Assembly (NCBI GenBank): GCA_038087875.1
Contig: CM075988.1
Location: 9,736,001-9,800,000, forward strand
Direction of reading: 5' to 3'
DNA from: Malacoraja senta
Lineage: Eukaryota
Length of the DNA: 64,000 nt
Below the pieces are notes generated by a model. It was not told the DNA's origin. It ran no database searches and saw only the letters and a list, made by a program, of their open reading frames with translations. The position numbers were made by a program, and so were the translations under genes. This document shows positions 1-12,854 of the stretch, one piece after another (positions within the stretch are counted from its first letter, which is position 1; each line of letters opens with the position of its first letter).

Positions 1-670
1 GTGGACTCTCGGCGTGGAGCGGGTGAACCCTCGCTGGGGCTCGCTGGAGGGGAGCGCCAGCAGCCTGAAGTCGCAGCCTGAAGCCGCGGTCTGCAGAGCT
101 CCAGCTGGTGCGGCGTCTACAGCCCGGGATCCCTCGTGGGGGACCCGGGGGAAGAAGAAGCCATCATTGCCGGTCTGCGGCCAACTTCTACCGCGGGGCC
201 GGCATGGACTTACCATCACCCCTGGAGGGGAGCTTCGACCGCCGGCCCTGCAGTCTACGGTGCTTCTGGCTGCGGCGGGGACTTTAAATCTTGACCGCCG
301 GCCTGCGGCCCACAACAATCTAAAGCCGCGGTCTCCGGTGAGGAAGAGCCGATCCTGGACTGACTTGGACTCTGGTCCTGTCCACGGGGGGAAATGGAGG
401 AGGACTGGCCAAATTTGTGTGCCTTCCACCACAGTGATGAATGCTGTGGTGGATGTTTGTGTTACATTTTGTGTGTTCTTATTATTGTATCGCTGCTGAC
501 AACCCAATGCTTGCCGGGTCACTGCTCGTGCGGTCGACCGGTCGGTGCAGAGAGTAGCTTTGAATGTTTGTCTTTCGTTACGTCTTTTTTTAAAAAAGCT
601 ACTGTAATGCGCCCTTTTAAATTGCCCCTTGGGGATGAATAAAGTGCTTGATTGATTGATTGATTGATTG
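1..670 (+). mobile_element. Non-autonomous LINE derivative (Rex1/Babar-like bipartite element), cut by the window edge
   Basis: GC/CpG-rich body, TGCCTTCCACCACAGTG at 420, then ...GGGGATGAATAAAG and a (GATT)n tail; no coding domain. Confidence 0.55.
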
Positions 671-890
671 ATAGAAACATAGAAAATAGGTGCAGGAGTA
701 GGCCATTCGGCCCTTTGAGCCTGCACCGCCATTCGATATGATCATGGCTGATCATCCAACTCAGTATCCCATCCCTGCCTTCTCTCCATACACCCTGATC
801 CCTTTAGCCACAAGGGCCACATCTAACTCCCTCTTAAATATAGCCAATGAACTGGCCTCAACTACCTTCTGTGGCAGAGAATTCCACAGA
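671..890 (-). mobile_element. CR1/HER1-type LINE, 3' end fragment
   Basis: Reverse-complement tail CATAGAAAATAGGTGCAGGAGTAGGCC and ORF2 C-terminal region, matching the copy at 53596-54320. Confidence 0.9.
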
Positions 891-1990
891 ATTCCTCATC
901 TGGCAATCAGACCCGTATCCACCAATCACTTGCCTGGCTTTACCCTCACTACTATTTTCCATCGTTCACACCCTAACTCAAGAAGGGCTGGGACCCAAAA
1001 CTTGCCTGTCCATTCCATCCACTGATGCTGCCTGACCTGCTGAGTTCTTTAGCACTTTGTATTTTGATTACATACTTGCTCTTAAAATGCATTCTACCCC
1101 ATTGAAAGTCCTACACTACCACTTACGGTTGGAGAGTAAAATTATATTATTATTCTCTCCACGATATGTGTGGGCAAAAAAATTCAATGCCTCATTGCGA
1201 CTGGTTGCGTTGGCTGCAGATATGGACACATTTAGGAACAAAAGGATCCATAAGACAAAGCTAACAGCATATCATTTTAGAGCCAGTTTCTGAAGAGAGG
1301 TAACTGCTCCAGTACATCATGTCCAGTGAGATTCAAATTGGGAGCTGGATGAATGTTGATATTTAATTGATTAGTCATTGATCCCATCTCCACAGTGTTT
1401 CCAGATCATAGGCTCTTCAATTTTTTTTCTTCTTTTTCATCTGCACTTTCTCTGTAACACTATATTCTGCACATGTACCTCTCTCATGGTTTGATTCTAC
1501 TTATGTGTCTTATGATTTGCCTGGAGAGCACAGAAAACAGAGTCTTTCACGGTATCTAGGTCGATGTGACTTTCACAAACTAATACCAAGATGTGTCACT
1601 ATGGAAACTCTGTATTTCTGTGGTCACAGCTTGGCTTTTGTGGACATGATACTCGGAGCAGACGACCTAACAGAAACATGCAGCGTCTCCCACAACTATA
1701 CTCGGATTTTGTATCCTTACATACTGATACTGTCCATTAACATAACCTTAGATAGTAAAACATGAAATGACTAACACTGAGGCAACAGATCACATAATTT
1801 GAAATAGCTGGATAATTATTGTTAATACATTACTGTCGTTTTGTAAGTCAAATTCCAACTGAAACTCATCACTTTCCACAAAACTTTTCGAATGAATTCA
1901 TTCTTTGTTTTTCTTCATCTCCCAATAAATGATTAGAAGTGAGGAACAAGTTATGAATATTAATATGATTGAATTATTGGAGTATAGGAG

Positions 1991-2548
1991 ACTGGAGTAT
2001 TGTGTGCAGTTTTGGTCTAATTTGAGGAAGGACATTCTTTCTATTGAGGGAGTGCAGCATAGGTTCACAAGGTTAATTCCCGGGATAGCAGGACAGTGAT
2101 ATGATGAAAGAATGGAACAACTGGGCTTGTATTCACTGGAATTCAGAATGATGGGAGGGGATCTTATAGAAACATATAAAATTATTATGGGATTGGACAA
2201 GCTAGATGCAGGAAACATGTTCCCGATGTTGAGGGAGTCCAGAACCGGGGGCCACAGTTTTAGAATAAGGGGTTGGCCTTTTAGAACTGAGATGAGGAAA
2301 AACATTTTCACCCAGAGAGTTGTGATTTTGTGGAATTCTCTGCCTCAGAAGGCAGTGGAGGCCGATTCACTGGATACATTCAAAAGAGAGTTAGATATAG
2401 CTGTTAGGGCTAACGGAATCACGGGATATGGGGAGAAGGTAGGAACGGGGTACTGATTGGGGATGATCAGCCATGATCACATTGAATGGTGGTGCTGGCT
2501 CGAAGGGCCGAATGGCCTACACCTGCTCCTATTTTCTATGTTTCTATG
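1991..2548 (+). mobile_element. CR1/HER1-type LINE, 5'-truncated
   Basis: ORF 2112-2456 has CR1 ORF2 C-terminal motifs (LGLYSLEFRR..GDLIETYKI..TGGHSFRI..FTQRVV..WNSLP); 3' UTR hairpin and TTTCTATG tail. Confidence 0.92.
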
Positions 2549-2620
2549 TAAATTGGAACTTTACTGCATCTGAGCTCTGAAAATAAACTTCTTGTTAATT
2601 AACTTCTTGTTTTACAAGTA

Positions 2621-2806
2621 GGTTTTCTCCAGTTTGCTCCCACACTCCAAAGATGCACAGGTTTGTAGGTTAATTGGCTTGGGTAAAATTGTAAACAGTC
2701 CCTAGTGTATGCTGGATAGTTTTAGAGTACGGGGATCGCTGGTCGATGCGGACTAGGTGGGCCGAAGGGACTGTTTCCATGCTGTATCTCTAAACTAAAC
2801 TAAACT
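2621..2806 (+). mobile_element. HE1/V-SINE-type SINE, 3' part
   Basis: Core CTCCCACACTCCAAAGA..GGTTAATTGGC and (TAAAC)n tail. Confidence 0.85.
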
Positions 2807-3440
2807 TAATATAAAAAATATAAGAAAGAGGAGAAGGAGAAGGCCAAATGGCCTCTCAATCTTGATCTACCATTCAATAGGACCACAGCTGATATGAGCT
2901 TGTAAATCCTATTTGTAGATCTGATCTTGGTGTTTGCTTCACATCCCTGCTTGTTTCGTGTAATCTTTTTTCTGCAGAGACCACATTTTTTTCTGTTGTG
3001 GCCTTCAATATATTCAATGTATTCTTATCTCCTCTGTGAAATCTGCAAGCCTACCCTGAAGTTTATTTCTAAGAAAAAAAGTAAGCACACCAACCAGGGG
3101 CTATACGCCCATTCCTACATTGACTTATCTATTTCTTACCTTCTTAACTCATTTTTACATGACAGATTTAATGCTGCAAATATCCCAAGAAACTTCACAA
3201 GATTGTCTGCAGATTTAAATTGGCACCTGACCACGTAAAGAGGTAAATGGATCGATTGGCAAAAATAAGCAAAGTGCATAGTAAATGGAACTGTTTTTCA
3301 CAGTCCCAATGACCCACGTTCAATGTTGACCTCCAGTACCGTTTGCCTGGGCATTGCTTCTTCCCCCTGTGACTACATGGATTTCTTCTGGATGCTCTGT
3401 TTCCACCCACATCGCAAGATGGGTGAGTTAATACATCAAT

Positions 3441-3740
3441 TTAGTTTAGGTTAGTTTAGTTTAGAGATACAGTGTGGAAACAGGCCCTTCATCCCATTGA
3501 GTCCGCGCCGACTAGTTATTACAAACTCACTCGTTCTATCCCACACATTAGGGACAATTTACAGAAGCCAATTAACCTACAAACCTGCACTTGTTTGGAA
3601 TGTGGGACAAAACCAGAGCACCCGGCGAAAACCCACGGGGAGAGCATGCAAACTCCGTACAGATAGTACCCGTAGTCAGGATCAAACCCGGCTCTCTGGC
3701 GCTGAAGGGAGCACTCTACCGCTGTGCCACTGCGCCGCCC
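3441..3740 (-). mobile_element. HE1/V-SINE-type SINE, full length
   Basis: Reverse strand has the tRNA-like head GGGCGGCGCAGTGGCACAGCGGTAGAG, the V core and a (TAAAC)n tail. Confidence 0.9.
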
Positions 3741-4589
3741 ATTTGGACACTAAATGTTCCATATTGTGTAAATAAGTAATATAGTCTGGGAGCAGTTGAA
3801 GGATATGTGTGTGGAAATAAAATGGGATTAATTTAGGTGTGTGCATGACGATTGGCATGGTGGGAGTGAAGGGTCTGTTTCCATGCTCTAGGAATCTATG
3901 ACTCCATGAGAAGAGAAGTCTCTAAAGGAGCAGAGGGAAGGAGAAATCTCCAGTGTTCTCTAGTTTCTCAAATAACTTTGCTGCAGTTCCATGGCAATCA
4001 ATAGAATAATTAATTTTCTGAGTGAAAATCATGGCTCCTGAAAAGATTTGAATTCTCTTATGGCCTCCATGAAAGTTGGGGCAGCTCTACATTGGTGTTA
4101 AATCCTCTGATCTTTTAAAGGGTAAGATTAAGGGAAGTTCAATGAGAGTTGTAATGTCAAGTAATAGATTCACTTGCATGCATTTACCAATTCCCTAGGA
4201 GTTTGATGGTTCATGCAACACAAGTTCAACAACAAGGTCTTTTCATATTTTCCATCACCTTGGTAGATGCTCAATCCCATTCCCCTCGAATGCCCATGGA
4301 ATGTGATTTACTGGATAGTAAACTAAGGTCAAAAATAATTGTTGATTTTGTTATTCATAGAACATCGAACAATACAGCACAGAAACAGGCCCCTCGCCCA
4401 CAATGTCTGTGCTGAACATAATGCCACATTAAACCAATTCATTCTGCCTGCACATGAACCATTCCCTGCCATTCCTTTGTACTTTCAGGGAGCTATGGAC
4501 ATGGACTCCAAGATCGCCCTGTACTTCAATGCTTGTCAGGGTCCTGCCATTAATTGTATACTCTTACATTTCCCCTTACATTGCTTTAA

Positions 4590-4915
4590 GGGTGGTACAG
4601 TTGCACAGCAATGTTGGAACAGTGGCACAGCCGGTAGAGCTGCTGCCCCAATGTCAGGGACCCGGGTTTGATCCTGACCTCGGGTGTTGACTGCGTGTTC
4701 TTCCTATTCTTTTTATGACCATATGAGTTTCCGTTAGGTGCTCCGGTTTCCTCCACGGGTTTGTCGATTACCCGGCCTCTCTAAATTGCCCCTCGTGTAG
4801 TGAGTGGATGCAAAAGTGGAATAACATCGAATTAGAGTGAATGGGTTATCAATGGTCAGTGTGGACTCAGAGTGCTGAAGGGCTTGTTTCCACGCAGTAT
4901 CTATAAACCAAACTA
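4590..4915 (+). mobile_element. HE1/V-SINE-type SINE
   Basis: A-box/B-box-like head (GGTTTGATCC), GGTGCTCCGGTTTCCTC core, TAAAC tail. Confidence 0.85.
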
Positions 4916-6054
4916 AATTTAACCTCCCAAAGTGTTACCTTTGGGAGGTTAAATTTAGATTAAATGGGAGGAAAGTACAAAGGAATGGCAGGGAATGGTT
5001 CATGTGCAGGCAGAATGAATTGGTTTAATGTGGCATTATGTTCAGCACAGACATTGTGGGCCGAGTGGCCTGTTTCTGTGCTGTATTGTTCGATGTTCTA
5101 TGATTAACAAAATCAACAATTATTTTTTACCTAACACCTTACACTTGCCCAGATTGAACTCTATCTGCCATTTCTCTGCCCCTATTTGTAACGGATCCAT
5201 ATCCTGCTGTACCCATTGATAACTTTCTTCACTTTCTCCACCTTCAGTTTTTATGTCATCGGCAGACCTACTCACCAACCCATCTACATTTTCGTTCAAG
5301 ACACATCTATATATTTGTGGACACTCAATCACACTTTAACTCTTGCTATGTCAGCAACCAACATCATCGAATTCAACAGAATGTACACGGCAAACCTGTG
5401 AGCTTTTCCTTATGAATGAAACAACAACTTTTTTCACTTTCAGACCTGTCGTATATTAAGAAGATGGACACAAATTGCTGGAGCAACACAGCTGGACAGG
5501 CAGCATCTCTGGAGAGAAGGAATGGGTGACGTTTCGTGTCGAGGCCCTTTTTCAGACTGTCATACAGTATATTAACTTTGTTTTTTATTGCTAAGGTGGT
5601 ATTGTTTTTGACTCGGATCCAAACATTTTCATAGACATTTAATTTGTATTTGAAATAAAGGTCGTAGATTATTGAAAGTGATGAAATGAAGAGTTTTATA
5701 TAGGTCGCATCATCCCAAAGTTTTCAGGGGACTATTCTCCCAAACGAACCTCGGCAGGGAACAAAGAGTCCGTCATCCTCATTTTAGGACATTTTCCGTG
5801 AAATCTTCCTGTGGCTACAGTCATGATGACAGATTCAGTGCAAAGCAAGGACTGCCTTGCCTGTGGCTGTCAAGGTTGCCTGGCTTCTTCCAGGATTGAG
5901 ATTGAGATCTGGCAGTTTGATATGTAAAGGCAACCTGAGATCTCTTATCAAAGTAAGCTGTCATGTCACTGTCACAGACCGATGGATAAAGAGTGAAATT
6001 AAACAAAATGGTGCTTCAGATCCACAGCAGGTGAGGCGACAACTAAGTTAACAT

Positions 6055-6470
6055 TTTATTGTCATGCGTCTTGAAACGGAACAATTAAATTCTTACTTGC
6101 ACCAGCAGCACAACAGGTAGTAAACACAGCATTCAATAGATAATATAATAAACAAATAAAAATATATAAAAACCCAATATAGGGCAAAATCAAAACAAAG
6201 TCCCTAGAGGAACACAGGCAGTTCGTAGTTCAATTTAATTTGAGTTCACAGTTTACAAGAGCCTAATGGTCGTTGGGAAGAAGTTGTTCCTGAACCTGGA
6301 CATTATAGTGTCCTATACCTCCTTCCCGATGGCAGGAGTGAATTGAGAGTGTGGCCAGGGTGGTGCGGGTCCTTGATGAGGCTGCCTTTTTGAGGCAACA
6401 CCTCTTATAGATCTTTGCAATGGTGGAGGAGGTCAGTGCCTGTGATGGATCGGGCAGTGTTCTCCACCTT
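6055..6470 (-). mobile_element. Rex1/Babar-like LINE 3' fragment
   Basis: Reverse strand reads like a Rex-type C-terminus (KDPHHPGH..LPSGRRY..NNFFP) followed by a GACAATAAAA 3' end. Confidence 0.7.
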
Positions 6471-7562
6471 TAGTCCTGCACTGAACCTCCATGATCAGTA
6501 CAGGACCCATGAACAAGCCAATAGCGTGAAGGTACGTTTGTACTCAGCAGTGATACTCCACCGTCAACGTACCATTACATACCCATTATGTACAGTTAGA
6601 TTTAACGTAGTTATCTACAATAGGACTCCTAACTTTGCACGCTGGCTTCAATAAATGAATCATTTTGTAACACATATTCAGATTAATCTATGGGGTGAAA
6701 TGTGTTTAAATAATTGCTTGATCATTCAAAAATCAAGCACGAATATAAAAGCTTACTCTCTTGGGTTAAATAATAACAGAAAATACAGCAAATAGTCAAC
6801 AGCTCATGCAGCAATAGAAGAAAAAGAATCAAAACTGATCAAACGCCGTTAATCTGATGCATTAACTCCATCACACGCTTCACAGATGCAGCCTGACATA
6901 CTGAGTATTTCCAGTGCTTCATGTTGTTTTATATCTCGGTTTTGTAACATCAGTAGTTTTTATTTATTTATTTATTATTATTTTGTAATCAATGTTTGGC
7001 CCTGTTTTTGGATATGTGGTCCAAATAGTTCCACTAAATAATTTGCTGAGATTTACTCTTTTAACTACAAACAATTTTTTCTCGTTAAATATTGGGAAGA
7101 CTGAGAACGTCAAGTTTGGTTTCTAATTTAAACCACTGATTGCATCATCTTCACCGGGACACTGCCCTCTGGCAAGTTTAGCTTCCCCAAACAAGCTAAA
7201 GTTTGGTGATCTCAAATCCTCTCTAATGACTTTCCATCTCTGTCCACTAGCTGCTTCCAAACCTCTTTTAGCCCAGGGCTGCTAAAACTCTTCTTTTCCA
7301 GCTCCTTAACATCCTTCATCCATAAATATCACCTCATGCAAAATGCTGCTCATATTCTAGCTTGCACGGAGCCACACTAACTTATTATCTGTGCCCTTGG
7401 AGTCAATTGAATCAAATGCGCTGAGATCAGCACAACTGGCAGTCCACTTTAGTTTATCTTGGCATCATGTTAAGCACAGGCATTGTGGGCTGAAGGGACT
7501 GTTACTATGTTCTATTTTCTATGTTCAGTTATAAATCCGTTTGTAAGAGTTGCTGACTGGGT

Positions 7563-7845
7563 GGGGCGGCACAGTGGTGCAGTGGTAGAGTTGCTGCCTT
7601 ACAGCGGCAGACACCCAGGTTCGATCTTGACTACAGATGCTAACTGTACATTCTCCCTGAGACCACATGGGTTTTCCCTGGGTGCTAAGGGTTTCCTCCC
7701 ACATTCCAAGGATGTGCAGGTTGTGGTTTAATTGGCTTTTGTAAATTGTCCCTAGTATGTAGGATAGAACTAGTGTACAGTTGTTCATGGTCAGTGAAGA
7801 CTCTGAGCCGAAGGGTCTGTATCCACGCTGTATCTCCAAAATGAA
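7563..7845 (+). mobile_element. HE1/V-SINE-type SINE
   Basis: Head GGGGCGGCACAGTGGTGCAGTGGTAGAG, B-box GGTTCGATC, V core. Confidence 0.9.
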
Positions 7846-8139
7846 ACTATGTTAGGAATGTCGCTTTCTGGTGATCCTATTGTTGTTGAAAGCAGCCTTA
7901 TTTCCATTAGTTTGAATTTATTTCAGAGTCATAAGCCAGGTGAGGGAAGGAGTGGAGTATAGGTGTATGTGACATGCAGGGGGTCTGTAGAAAGAGTATA
8001 GATACATTAGGTCAGGAGCTAGTAAATATGTTAGGGTTAGGATTAGGGTTAGTTTCACTGTTTGTGAAACTAAGCAGAATGATAGTGAAACTATTTGGAC
8101 AACTAGGGTGTGGGTGGGACAGAGAGACGAGTAACACAA

Positions 8140-8250
8140 GTAACGAGTAACGTGAAGTTAGAGAAACCAATATTCATGCCGCTGGGTTGTAAGCTGCCCA
8201 AGCAAAATATGAGGTGCTGTTCCTTCAATTTGCGTTTGGCCTCACTGTCC
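8140..8250 (-). mobile_element. Penelope-like element fragment (GIY-YIG C-terminus)
   Basis: KLKEQHLIFCLGSLQPSGMNIGFSNF matches the end of the 40575-40901 endonuclease ORF. Confidence 0.8.
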
Positions 8251-8628
8251 TCATCTGCAATCATTGTTGAGAAATACTTCATAAATTTAGCTGTCGGGTT
8301 TCTCAAACTCTGAGAGATCATTCTTAGCAAAGTGAAATTTAAAGGTCAATGATCATCTCATCAGGACGTTAATCTATAATAATTACTTCATGCAAAGGCT
8401 ACTCTCACCCATCTGAATTTTACTTCAGAGTCACATGAATGACTATGTGAAGAACCCCGCCAGTGAGCCTGCGCGTCATTACGTCAGACGCCTTGACGCA
8501 AATGGACATGAGGAGCAGAGCTCCTCCAGTGGTTTGTAGTTTTTCAACTACAAGGTAAGTAGAAACTTTTTTCATGTTTTCCAGGTCCGTTTACTGTGGG
8601 TCTATGGGGATTTTTTTCCACAGACACC

Positions 8629-9900
8629 ATGGGAAAAAACGGACAGGGGGAAGAGGCGAGCGACACAGCCGACAGAAAGTCGGGAAAGTCGGGAGTCCGC
8701 GGTTAGAGACCAACCGCCTCTAAACCCCGGTACAGTCGCCAGCGGTGAGCATAGCGACTGTGGACCTGGGGCTGGTGAAAACACAGTCAGCGCCTGTCGG
8801 GCAAAAGACGAAGTTTAAATCCCAACGGCCCACGGAGGGAGTCCCAGGCAATGGAAGTAGCTCCAGGGCTAGATACTGCTTTCGAGCGTATTGCCCAAAT
8901 AGAAAGCCTTTTACATAGGCTGTTGGAGCAAAGTTCACTCAGGGAGGAGTGTACTGAAATCCAAGCTGCTGGAAGCAGCTCAACAGCTCCTGGTACAGGG
9001 CTAGATACTGCTTTCGAGCGTATTGCCCAAATAGAAAGCCTTTTACATAGGCTCTTGGACCAAGTTCACTCAGGAAGGAGTGTACTGAAATCCAAGCTGC
9101 TGGAAGCAGCTCAACAGCACCTGGCACAGGACTGATGGAATGCACCCTCAGGGATGAGGAGCATGCTACGGGTCATGAGATTTCAGACCCCAACTCTGAC
9201 GGTGAGGCTGTACAAGGCGATGAACGGCAGCTGCCAGATGTTCCACCCCTGGCAGTATGATTCGCTGCCCCGTCAGGGTCAGGAGAGCCATTAAGAGAAG
9301 AACTGGCCTCCTTAATAAATTACTTGGTTTACCATCAGCTGGAACAGCAGGAGATGGATGAGACTGCAAGAAAGCAGGAGACCCCAAGTAACTGTGGGTT
9401 GCTGAAAGCAGCAGCAGTGAACCAAATTATCTGGAATCAGTTGCAGAGAATATTAAAGCTGCTGGGTTCTGGAATAACTGCTTTTACCAGAATAGCAGAT
9501 AACAGCCAAGAGATGACGAAGTTGCATCAGGAAGCACTGGGGTTGCTATGCGGCACCCACTTCGAGATCAATTATCTGAGGAAGGTGCTATACGGCCTAC
9601 TATGAATCCGAAATTCGCAGCACTCTGCAAACCAAGTAATATACAATTACCCAACTTACTCTTTGGAGAGGATCTCGGGAGATGTATTAAAGAGTTGGAA
9701 GATGAAGCGAAAACAGGATTGATAAAAACATCAGTGGTTGCAAAGTCTGTAAAGAGGAAGTATCCTTTCAGACGTCATACGGATCCTAGACCAGGACCAA
9801 GTCGCTCATCAACGCAGGGACGTAGCTGGCGGCCTGCAGCGGGAGTAAGAACCAGTGGTGGTGCTTCCGGGAGAATCCAGGGATCTCAGAATACTCAAAT
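8629..9900 (+). pseudogene. DIRS gag-like ORF1, frameshifted
   Basis: Lies upstream of RT; fragments IRPTMNPKFAALCK..LLFGEDL resemble DIRS ORF1 C-termini; several stops and frameshifts. Confidence 0.65.
8864..9130 (+). repeat. 132-bp tandem duplication inside DIRS ORF1
   Basis: CAGGGCTAGATACTGCTTTCGAGCG starts at 8864 and 8996; the copies are nearly identical, with a 1-nt indel. Confidence 0.95.
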
Positions 9901-9949
9901 GACTCAAGAGGTAGGTGGACCTGGTTCTCATGGGAACATACTAACTGGA

Positions 9950-11718
9950 TTAAGTGCAAATGTTGGAGGCAGATTACGTCTCTTCTATAAACATTGGAAG
10001 AAGATTACTTCAGATGTGGTAATTCTGAATAATGTACAAGGATTTCGAATTGAATTCAATCCAAATTATGATATGCCTGTCCAGCATGTTCCTAGCAGAA
10101 CTCTCCACTTTGCGAAGTAATGGAGGTTCAAGCTGCGCTTCAAAACCCTATATATAAAAGGTGTTATTGAAGAATCAGTCTACCAAATTCACCAATTTGG
10201 TTCAAATATATTCCCTCGATCAAAAAAGGATGGAGGATGTAGGATTATTATAGACTTGACAAGTCTGAATCCTTTTGTTCAGTGTCTGTTCACTTGCAAG
10301 ATATGAAGTATCTTAAATTTACATGGATGAATCAATTAGGGCAGTTCAAAGCTCTGCCTAATGGGTTAACGTTCGCTCCCAGAATATTCATAAAATTGTT
10401 AAATATCAATTCTGGGGTTGCTGAGATCCAGGGGCATGTACTAATGGCATACCTGGATGATGTCCTGATTATAGGAAGGACAAAACAGTCAACAGAAGCA
10501 TCGGTTGCAGTTATGAAATCAAACTTTTGAAAGTTTGGGGGTTTCTAAATTCATCCAAAGAAATCAAGGTTAAAAACATGTACCTCGATTGATTATTTGG
10601 GGTTCACAATTGATTCAGCCCAAATGCAAATTACTTTGCCCAGTGAAAAAAGGGTGGAGTTGATTAAAGATTGCAGTAATCTGTTAAACGAGCAAAAACC
10701 TCTAATCAGACAGGTGGCTCGAGTACTGGGAAAATTAGTAGATTCCCAGCAGTCCAATATGGACCATTACATTATCAACACCTGCAGAGAATCAAAGAAC
10801 AGGCACTGAGAGTAATTGCTGGTCATTTTGATAGAACCATGCAAGTAACAACAAATGCTGTTTCTAATCTGCAGTGGTGGATTCTACATGTCTCAAGCAG
10901 TTCAGTCAAAGTGCTGATTGAACAACCTTCCATGATATTACAAACTGATGCCAGTGTACTAGGATGGGGTGCAACTGACTTAACATCTAGCTGCGGAGGC
11001 AGATGGAATCAGGAAGAGTTATTGTTACTGCAGACATGGGGAATTACCTATTTGGAGCTTTTAGGAGGTTTCTATGGACTCCAACCTTATGGTTCTAACA
11101 CAACTAAAAGGAAGGTTCAAGTTCAAATTAATAAACACAACAGCAGTTGCCTATATTAATGATATGGGTGGAATTAAGTCGGTGTCATGTGACAAAATGG
11201 TTAAATCAACTTTGGTCTTGGTGTATTGAAAAGAACATTTGGATTTCAGCTATCTATCTACCAGGTAGAATGAACACGATAGCAGACACCAGGTCACGAA
11301 AGTTCCATGATAATAAAGAATGGATGTTGAATCAAGAGGTATTCAATGATATAGTAATCAGATTTGGAATGCCCGACATCGACTTGAATCATCAGCTATC
11401 GAGATATGTCTCATGGAAACCAGATCCAGGAGCAGTGGCAATTGCTGCTTTCTCGCTACATTGGGGTGGTATGTTTTCATATATATTTCCACCTTTCTGC
11501 CTCATAAGCCAATGTTTGCTTAAAATCAGGCAAGATGCTGTTTCAAGGGTATTGGTAGTACCAGATTGGCCTACACAGCCATGGTATCTGTTGATATTAG
11601 AATTAACAACACAAATGTTGATGAAAGTCCCAAAAAGGAGTAATTTATTGCTGCACCCTGTAACAGGGTAACAACATCCATTATATGATCGTTTGGATTT
11701 GTTGATTTGCAGGTTTTA
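9950..11718 (+). pseudogene. DIRS reverse transcriptase / RNase H / adenine-methyltransferase-like ORF, disrupted
   Basis: VGGRLRLFYKHW, LPNGLTFAPRIF and YLDD (RT); TDASVLGWG, LELL and YLPGRMNTIAD (RNase H); PDIDL..YIFPPF..VVPDWPTQPWY (MT-like domain). Confidence 0.93.
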
Positions 11719-11721
11719 AGA

Positions 11722-12686
11722 ATGCCTTTTCTGGGACGAGGACTGTCTGAGCGTACTGTGGACATGCTTACGGCAGCCTGGAGGAAGAGCACTCAAAAAC
11801 AGTACCTGTTTTATATTAAGAAACGGGAAGAGTTCTGTGTACAAAAGAATGTGCAATAAAGTACTGCAGATATTTCAAATGTTTAGAATTTCTGTCAAAA
11901 CTTTATTATGATGAAGGTCTGAGTTGTAGTGCAATTAATTCAGCCAGAAGTGCATTGTCCTCATATTTATTTCTGGATTCAGAAAGAAACCCAATTGGAT
12001 CACACCCAATTGTTTCCAGACTAATGAAAGGAATCTTTAATTCCAAACCACCGAAACCGAGGTACATGACAATCTGGGATGTAAGTGTGGTACTGATACT
12101 ACTTCGTGAATGGTCATCAAGTGTGTCTTTACCTTTAGCCAAGCTCAGTATGAAAGTATTAATGCTTATGGCATGAGTGACAGCACAACGAGTGCAAACA
12201 CTTGGAAAATTACAAATAAACAGTATGGAAGTAACTGAAGATAAGGTTACATTCTATATCTATGACCTACTAAAGCAAATTAGGCCAGGTGTGACACGAT
12301 TTAAAATTATACTAGCAGTATATCCAAATGATCCTTGTCTCTGTATTAAGACATATTTGTTACAATACATTGAGGTCACAAAGAATTTGAGAAATACGGA
12401 AACTGGGTTGTTGATCATACACAAGAAACCACACAAGAGAGTTTCAATACAGACTATTTCCAGATGGATAAAAGAAGTCTTAACAGTTGCTGGTATTAAC
12501 ACTTATGTTTTTACGTCTCACTCGACTAGGGCAGCAGAAACGTCGGTGGCCAGGGCAAAAGACGTCCCCGTCGACCATATCCTCGCAGCCGCCGGGTGGT
12601 CCAATGAGTTGATGTTTCAACATTTTTACCATCGGCCTATTGTTAATGCGGGATTGTTTGCAGAAACTATTTTAAGTTCTGTGTAA
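11722..12686 (+). pseudogene. DIRS tyrosine recombinase, disrupted in its N-terminal half
   Basis: N-terminus GLSERTVDMLTAAWRKSTQKQY; catalytic R (AQRV), HSTR, W (AAGWS) and Y (HFY) all lie in ORF 12177-12686; stops and a frameshift upstream. Confidence 0.93.
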
Positions 12687-12769
12687 ATTCCTCTGGTTTA
12701 AAGGGGATCTGATTCATTTCATTATTGAAATGAATTACTGCATTTGTGGTACAAATGTTATTATGAATG

Positions 12770-12854
12770 CATGATCATATTGAATGGCGGTGCAGGCTCG
12801 AAGGGCCGATTGGCCTACTCCTGCACCTAATTTCTATGTTTCTATGTTTCTATG
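12770..12854 (+). mobile_element. Short CR1 3' tail nested in the DIRS 3' UTR
   Basis: CATGATCATATTGAATGGCGGTGCAGGCTCGAAGGGCC..CCTGCACC followed by (TTTCTATG)3. Confidence 0.9.

Noticed and set aside
14..499. 161-aa ORF
   Set aside because: Chance ORF in a GC-rich repeat with no recognisable domain.
5704..5960. Possible exon between AG and GTAAG
   Set aside because: All three forward frames hit stops and none resembles a known protein.
7563..7640. tRNA-like sequence with A and B boxes (also in other SINE heads)
   Set aside because: It runs directly into the SINE core and tail, so it is not a tRNA gene.
11147..12686. Methyltransferase-like and integrase-like ORFs suggesting a prophage or bacterial island
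   Set aside because: Both are standard DIRS1 domains, located between the DIRS termini and downstream of RT/RNase H.
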